Shown here: positions 62,944 through 64,000 of the stretch, in pieces | How positions within the stretch are numbered: position 1 is the first letter of the stretch | How the letters are laid out: every line of letters begins with the position of its first letter | DNA from: Takakia lepidozioides | Taxonomy: Eukaryota; Plantae; Bryophyta | Length of the DNA: 64,000 nucleotides | Assembly: GCA_030704615.1 (NCBI GenBank) | Contig: CM060731.1 | Coordinates: forward strand, 52,638,001 to 52,702,000 | Direction of reading: 5' to 3' | The notes under the pieces: model-generated | What the model was told of the DNA's origin: nothing | The model's database searches: none | The model's input: only the letters and a program-made list of their open reading frames with translations | Made by a program: the position numbers and the translations under genes

Positions 62944-64000
62944 CTATGCTGCAACCTCTTGAGCAGTACCCCCTTCCTGCTCAGTCAATGACAAGGCCTC
63001 ATCCTGCCCCATCATCTCATCATTGAGAACCTCCTCATCCCGAGAAGAATCCCCAACCTCATCCATCACAGCTGCCTTCGCTGCCAACTCCCTCTGAACC
63101 TCGAGCACCTCCCACATGTGCCATGGATGTCTACACCTCGTGGTCCTCACCGGCTCGCCCCCACTCGCTGCCTGTACCGTCTTGGTAGGCAGAGAGACCA
63201 TCAAGGGAAGTGCGCTCCGCACTCTACGTTGCTCAGCCATAGCCAAGCTGACAATCCAGGTCAAGCAATTGAGATCCATTGCTTGCCCCAACACCTGACG
63301 ACGTGATGCCTCAGAAAGGGAAGGCACCGCCGTGGTCCCAGTGGAAAACCCCATAGCCCGCTCTCGTTCGTCGGCATTAGGCTCCACTAACTGCTGCAAC
63401 TGAGCATCCCACAGGAGGCCAGGTCCACCATCCCGAAAAGCATGGGATCCTGGGAAGCTGAGCAGTGTAGGTAATGCTGCTCGTGGTTGACCCACTCTGT
63501 TGACCACTGCCAAAGGTGAACGGTCATCGTGTCTCACACGTTGAGACTGCCTTCCTGTGTCCAAAATGCCATCCACGGTGAGGTGTGCTGGCCGCTGCAC
63601 CCCATCAAATGCACGCTTGAGCAGTGCGGGTGGCATCAAGTTAGTCCACCATAGTCGTGGACGATGAGCCCGTGACCCCACTGCAGCTGCATCCAGCAAT
63701 ACTGCTGACCCAAGCCACGACCGGACTTGATGCACACTGGCCATCACCCTGGCCCGAGAATCACCCATCAGTGGCACATTCTCCAAGATGTATGCTGGAA
63801 ATACAGCTTGATGAAGCTGCAAGTGGCGCAAAACCCGCACCATCTCCCAAAATAGACCCGTCCTCGAGTCTCGCAATCCATTGCCATGCCCGGCTGATGA
63901 ATGCCCTTGGCAGGGCCAACCTGCCACTACCAGATCAATGGAGCCAACCCGCTCCAAATCCTGCGCCCCCAGCAACGAAATGTCTGCTGGCAAGGCCTGC
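62944..64000 (-). CDS. B2 DNMT3-like C5 cytosine methyltransferase (motifs III-X intact; continues beyond the window)
   Basis: DISLL, IDLVVAGWPCQGHSSAG, RTGLFWE, YILENV, AHRPRLWWTNL, ERERAMGF, RRQVLGQAMD. Ends at TAG 62946-62944, in frame with RT. Confidence 0.95.
   Translation of the reverse strand, partial: QALPADISLLGAQDLERVGSIDLVVAGWPCQGHSSAGHGNGLRDSRTGLFWEMVRVLRHLQLHQAVFPAYILENVPLMGDSRARVMASVHQVRSWLGSAVLLDAAAVGSRAHRPRLWWTNLMPPALLKRAFDGVQRPAHLTVDGILDTGRQSQRVRHDDRSPLAVVNRVGQPRAALPTLLSFPGSHAFRDGGPGLLWDAQLQQLVEPNADERERAMGFSTGTTAVPSLSEASRRQVLGQAMDLNCLTWIVSLAMAEQRRVRSALPLMVSLPTKTVQAASGGEPVRTTRCRHPWHMWEVLEVQRELAAKAAVMDEVGDSSRDEEVLNDEMMGQDEALSLTEQEGGTAQEVAA

Overview
Eukaryotic plant genomic DNA, most likely a non-seed land plant (inferred from the gene and TE families; the species cannot be determined). 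The first ~7 kb holds a complete 9-exon TAP46 gene (minus strand, 400 aa, one GC-AG intron) and the last exons of a second minus-strand gene. The remaining ~57 kb is a nested transposon block: two decayed CACTA/EnSpm elements, a MULE-like transposase, a palindrome array, a 500-N gap and two Ty3/Gypsy families. Family A (copies A0, A1, A2) has 0.9-1.1 kb LTRs with CACAGCC arrays and a ~1400-aa extra ORF after integrase. Family B (copies B1, B2) is the main finding. It carries a DNMT3-like C5 cytosine methyltransferase between protease and RT, a PHD finger at the integrase C-terminus and an 85-bp LTR. Both copies have an in-frame UAG in a CAR-YYA readthrough context between the methyltransferase and RT. 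This suggests a Gag-PR-DNMT product made at high level, with Pol made by stop-codon readthrough (inference). A 5-kb patch inside A1 holds captured gene fragments: SURNod19, a BSD2-like zinc finger and a piece of an N4/N6 DNA-methylase-like gene.
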